This document shows positions 57,831-61,657 of a DNA stretch of 61,657 bases, one piece after another. Source of the DNA: Nitrosopumilales archaeon (lineage in GTDB: Archaea > Thermoproteota > Nitrososphaeria > Nitrososphaerales > Nitrososphaeraceae). The notes below the pieces were generated by a model that was given only the letters and a program-made list of their open reading frames with translations, was not told where the DNA came from and made no database searches. Numbering within the stretch: the stretch's first letter is position 1; every line of letters begins with the position of its first letter. The stretch spans positions 34,299-95,955 of the forward strand of contig JBIQJB010000005.1 of the NCBI GenBank assembly GCA_044507735.1, given 5' to 3'. Position numbers and translations under genes: made by a program.

Positions 57831-59453
57831 GTGCAGTCCAAGTCTGCAAATGAGAGCAAGTTTATTTTCGTTACAGGCGGAGTCATGTCTGGCCTTGGAA
57901 AAGGCGTTACCACTGCATCAACCGCTAAGCTTCTCCAGCTTGTGGGCTACAAGGTCTCCTGCGTAAAGATAGACCCGTACGTCAATTATGACGCAGGTAC
58001 TATGAACCCGGTCGCGCATGGCGAAGTCTTTGTCACTGACGATGGTGGGGAATGTGATATGGACATAGGTAACTATGAACGCTTCATAGATACCGCCATG
58101 ACTAAGGATCACAACATCACGACAGGCAGGGTGTATATGGATGTCATCAGGGCAGAAAGAGAGGGCAAATATCTGGGCCAGTGTGTGCAGATAATCCCTC
58201 ACGTTACCGATGCCATAAAGAATATGCTCCGCAAGATTGCAAATGACGAAAAGCTGGACATTCTGGTCGTAGAGTGTGGCGGGACTGTAGGCGACATAGA
58301 GAGTCTGCCATTCCTCGAAGCGTTCAGGCAGATGGAGCTGGAGCTAGGGCAATCCAATACGCTGTTTATCCATGTGACACTTGCGCCCGTGCTAGATGTT
58401 GTCGGTGAACAAAAAACCAAGCCGACGCAACACAGCGTACAGGAACTGCGCAGGATAGGTATCCAGCCAGACATACTTGCTGTCAGGTGTAAGATGCCAC
58501 TAAGCGACGATGCTAGGCGCAAGATTTCGCTATTTGCAAGTGTTGAGCAAAAGTGTGTGATTTCATGTCACGACGCTCCTTCTATTTACAAGGTCCCCGA
58601 AGTCCTTGAAAGCCAAGGGATGCTCAAGGCAATATCTGAGCGGCTTGCCCTTAAGAAGTCGATCCCGCAGTGGGGTAACTGGAAGGGCATAGCAGAGTCA
58701 TTTTCAAAATATAGTGGATCCGTTAGGATCGCTGTTGTTGGCAAGTACGTGACTCTGCCGGATAGTTATGTCAGCGTCTATCATGCATTATCGCATGCCG
58801 GCGCAGGCATTGGCAAGAAGGTCGACATCCAGTGGATTGATTCTGAGAAATTCGAAAACGGCGGCCAATCCAGCCTTTCCATCCTGAAAGACTTTGATGG
58901 CATTCTGGCGCCAGGTGGATTTGGCAAACGCGGAAGCGAGGGTATCATCAGCGCAGCAAACTTTGCAAGGGAGCACAACATCCCTTACCTCGGAATATGC
59001 TTCGGATTTCAGCTTGCAATTGTCGCGTTTGCAAGGCACGTTTGCAAACTGACAGACGCAAACTCAACAGAGCTTGACCCTGACACCAAGAATCCGTTGA
59101 TTGATTTCATGCCAGAACAGCGCAATATACAAGACATGGGTGGAACAATGCGTCTTGGCGCACACGATATCGCTATAACTCCCAAGACAGTTGCAGCGAA
59201 GATATACAGCTCGACTGCAATACAGAGAAGGCACAGACATCGCTATGAATTCAACCAAAAGTACCTCGACCTTGTAAACAAGAATGGCCTTGTTCTGTCG
59301 GCCCACTCTGATAATGGCAGACGTATGGAGATACTAGAGATACCCGATCACAAATTCTACTTTGCCGTCCAATACCATGCAGAATTTAGCAGCAGGCCGG
59401 GCAAGCCTGAGCAGGCGTTTTACGCCTTTGTTAAGGCTGCCGCTAAATCTTAA
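57831..59453 (+). CDS. pyrG: CTP synthase
   Basis: FVTGGVMSGLGKG, KTKPTQHSV, GICFG.Q, RHRHRYE, QYHAEF. Confidence 0.97.
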   Translation: MQSKSANESKFIFVTGGVMSGLGKGVTTASTAKLLQLVGYKVSCVKIDPYVNYDAGTMNPVAHGEVFVTDDGGECDMDIGNYERFIDTAMTKDHNITTGRVYMDVIRAEREGKYLGQCVQIIPHVTDAIKNMLRKIANDEKLDILVVECGGTVGDIESLPFLEAFRQMELELGQSNTLFIHVTLAPVLDVVGEQKTKPTQHSVQELRRIGIQPDILAVRCKMPLSDDARRKISLFASVEQKCVISCHDAPSIYKVPEVLESQGMLKAISERLALKKSIPQWGNWKGIAESFSKYSGSVRIAVVGKYVTLPDSYVSVYHALSHAGAGIGKKVDIQWIDSEKFENGGQSSLSILKDFDGILAPGGFGKRGSEGIISAANFAREHNIPYLGICFGFQLAIVAFARHVCKLTDANSTELDPDTKNPLIDFMPEQRNIQDMGGTMRLGAHDIAITPKTVAAKIYSSTAIQRRHRHRYEFNQKYLDLVNKNGLVLSAHSDNGRRMEILEIPDHKFYFAVQYHAEFSSRPGKPEQAFYAFVKAAAKS

Positions 59454-60450
59454 GTTCATAGATTCTCTGCCGGGCGTCTCTGAGAGACGTCTTTTTCTTG
59501 ACGTACCCCTGGCTGATAAGGTGACTCAACGATAGTCTAATCGTCCTTTCTGGCAGCATCGTCCTTGTCGCCAAATCTTTTTGGCTTAGCGCGCCTTCGT
59601 ACTCAAGTGTCTTTAGAATGAGCTTGGCACTTGGCGGCATTTTGAGCATGTCTTCTGCCAGCTTGACTTTTTTTGCCATTAGCGACGCAGCAGATGACGG
59701 GTCTCCGGCAAGCCGGACCAGGCGGGCGGCAAATTCATGTCTCCAACATTCGAGCATCTTTTTTATCTGCACCCTGCGGCCGCCGTCAAGGACCACCTCG
59801 CAGTGGTAACGACTTGTAATGTCCGTAATCTCTAGCCGGCTATCGTTTGGCACGATAAGCGGCCTGCGTGTGTTGTCAAGAGAGTTTACTGAAACAACAA
59901 GAAATACAGGTGCCCTCTGCATAACCATTGGGCCACCGGCAGACATAGAGTATGCCGTTGAGCCGGTTGGTGTCGAGATTATTACGCCATCGCTATTGTC
60001 GTGCCATATGTCGGTTCCATCTATCCGAAGGACATGCTCCATAAGAGTAGCGCTCTTGCTTGGGAATACTGCGACATCATTCAGTACAGGATCGACCTGC
60101 TTGCCGTCCACCTTGACTGCAAGCCGGAATACGTGATCTACAGAGTAATCGCCGCGCTTGAGCCGTGCAGTTGCGGATTCAAGCTCTCGAACTTCAAGCT
60201 GCGCAAGAAAGCCCGTTGAATCTGTTTCGTAGATCCCGAGCACGGGTGCCGAATCTGTTTCGACCTTGTGGAAGTAATCAAGTATTCCCCTGTCGCCTCC
60301 CGCCACCATCACAATGTCGACCTCTCGTGCGATCTGGTAGTTGTTCTCCCTGATGATCTCCGTCTTGACGTTCAGGGAATCAAGCGTCTTTTTCACCTTC
60401 GAGAGCAAGGCCCCATCACGTGAGTCGACGCCCGAGAGCGCAACTTTCAT
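59443..60450 (-). CDS. NAD kinase family protein fused to a C-terminal winged HTH
   Basis: GGDRG, LND, DGVIISTPTGSTAYSMSAGG; C-terminal PSAKLILK.LEYEG.LSQK.L...T.LPERT.R HTH. Confidence 0.88.
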   Translation of the reverse strand: MKVALSGVDSRDGALLSKVKKTLDSLNVKTEIIRENNYQIAREVDIVMVAGGDRGILDYFHKVETDSAPVLGIYETDSTGFLAQLEVRELESATARLKRGDYSVDHVFRLAVKVDGKQVDPVLNDVAVFPSKSATLMEHVLRIDGTDIWHDNSDGVIISTPTGSTAYSMSAGGPMVMQRAPVFLVVSVNSLDNTRRPLIVPNDSRLEITDITSRYHCEVVLDGGRRVQIKKMLECWRHEFAARLVRLAGDPSSAASLMAKKVKLAEDMLKMPPSAKLILKTLEYEGALSQKDLATRTMLPERTIRLSLSHLISQGYVKKKTSLRDARQRIYELKI

Positions 60451-60489
60451 AATTGCTACACGTGTGTTTGCTCCTAGCCTGATTTAAAT

Positions 60490-61410
60490 CTAAGAGATCT
60501 TCTTGAAGCCGACAGTATTGTAAAAGTACGAGGCACTCTCTTCTATCTTCGACTTAGAAGGAATCTTGGCAAGACCAACTTGTCCTGTTTCAAGTGCCGC
60601 TCTGACTGCCCCGGCTCCAAAACAAATGGCCCACAGAGGATCCTTTTCCTTAAGATACGCGCAACAAAAAGCAGCGCTCAAGATATCTCCTGCACCAGTG
60701 GAATCCGGCGTGTCGATGTCATGCAGCTTGATCCAGTAATGCATTTTCTCGTAGAAGAGATGAATGATCCTGCGCTCGGTGGAAACCACAAACTTGACTC
60801 CTCTTGACAGAAGTGCATTCATTCCATCTATCCCTTGAAGGCCCGCAGTCAGCGCGGACATTTCCTGCGAATCAACCTTGATGGCAGTGATGCCTCTAAG
60901 GTCTAGATCAAGTCTTTCTGAGAGCGTCACTGGCCCATTCTTTCCTCCATCCACTCGTCGCATATAGCCTTGAGGATCGAGCATTACAAAATCCCTCTTA
61001 CCCCTGCTTTGCTTTATTGCGTCGAGAACTTCAAGTGGCACCTCATCGAACACAGGACTTGCGAGCCAACAGTCGACATTCATTTCCCGGATTTCACTGG
61101 CAGTCAGAGGATCGCACAGAGACTCTAGCACCAACCTTCGCGAATCGCCTTCAGGAACTAGGCTAAATCGCGTAGTGGGGGCATCGACGATCTGCTTTTG
61201 GTCGTCTATTGCGAGATCATTCTCCCGAAGCATCTTGTGCCCGACAGGCGAAAAGTCCCTTCCAATCCTAGTTGCCAAACTCACATTAAACCCAAAGCGT
61301 CTCGCAGTCAGGCCGCCGTAGCATGCTGGCCCACCTATGCTTTCTGCGGTCTCCCCATCAGCGCTGCGGATGACATCAAGCACAATGTGCGAGGCAATGC
61401 CTATCCTCAA
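60490..61410 (-). CDS. PfkB family carbohydrate/nucleoside kinase
   Basis: GG.A.Y, DPQG, DSTGAGD signature. Confidence 0.88.
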   Translation of the reverse strand: MRIGIASHIVLDVIRSADGETAESIGGPACYGGLTARRFGFNVSLATRIGRDFSPVGHKMLRENDLAIDDQKQIVDAPTTRFSLVPEGDSRRLVLESLCDPLTASEIREMNVDCWLASPVFDEVPLEVLDAIKQSRGKRDFVMLDPQGYMRRVDGGKNGPVTLSERLDLDLRGITAIKVDSQEMSALTAGLQGIDGMNALLSRGVKFVVSTERRIIHLFYEKMHYWIKLHDIDTPDSTGAGDILSAAFCCAYLKEKDPLWAICFGAGAVRAALETGQVGLAKIPSKSKIEESASYFYNTVGFKKIS

Positions 61411-61640
61411 ATGCAGCCAGAATTATCCAGGCGAATAATAAAAGGGCTTGTTCGCGCAGCTCCAGTAAAAACCGTGTTTTGGGATGGCGGCTTTTTCGGG
61501 CTAGCGCTTGCGCCCTTCTACTGAGAGCATGCACGACTGAAGCTATAAGCTTTGTGGACAATTTTTCCTGACAAGCCGCCCGTATTTTCGACACGAAACA
61601 ATCACAAGATTTAAAGGATGGCTGACGGCCTTATCGAACT

Positions 61641-61657
61641 ATGCCGAAGAAAAGGGC
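61641..61657 (+). CDS. Possible start of a basic protein (MPKKRA.., resembling the eS26 N-terminus), truncated by the window edge
   Basis: ATG CCG AAG AAA AGG GC about 25 nt after a TTTAAA box; only five full codons visible. Confidence 0.25.

Noticed and set aside
1-61657. CRISPR array, IS transposase or provirus
   Set aside because: No regularly spaced repeats, transposase motifs or viral structural genes recognised.

Overview
Mostly core-genome archaeal chromosome, very probably from an ammonia-oxidising Nitrososphaera-like thaumarchaeon. Evidence: an ESCRT-III/CdvB paralog, archaeal ribosomal proteins with rpl2 absent from the cluster, RadA, Cdc6/Orc1, aRF1, proteasome alpha/beta, a tRNA with a non-canonical intron, and TATA promoters close to start codons. 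The window holds the 3' end of trpE, thrC, a bioF-bioB / bioA-bioD cluster, a thiolase/DUF35 operon, tRNA-Asn, the rpl3-rpl6 operon, purC/K/E, hom, gap, trpGD, trpBA, trpC, cdc6, pyrG and a NAD kinase-HTH fusion. Most notable: (1) an intact serine resolvase inside the biotin cluster, with a res-like multi-site upstream, a degenerate copy at the bioB promoter and a leader shared with bioD; (2) a 605-aa tandem SDR whose motifs resemble the CoA-acylating half of Chloroflexus malonyl-CoA reductase; (3) a 16-codon, two-Trp upstream ORF before trpG; (4) several unlisted micro-proteins (C2H2 finger, C4 finger, very basic protein); (5) a solo MORC-like GHKL ATPase; (6) two genes broken by a single in-frame TGA. 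No CRISPR array or intact transposase was seen. All family calls come from motif recognition by eye, not database searches.
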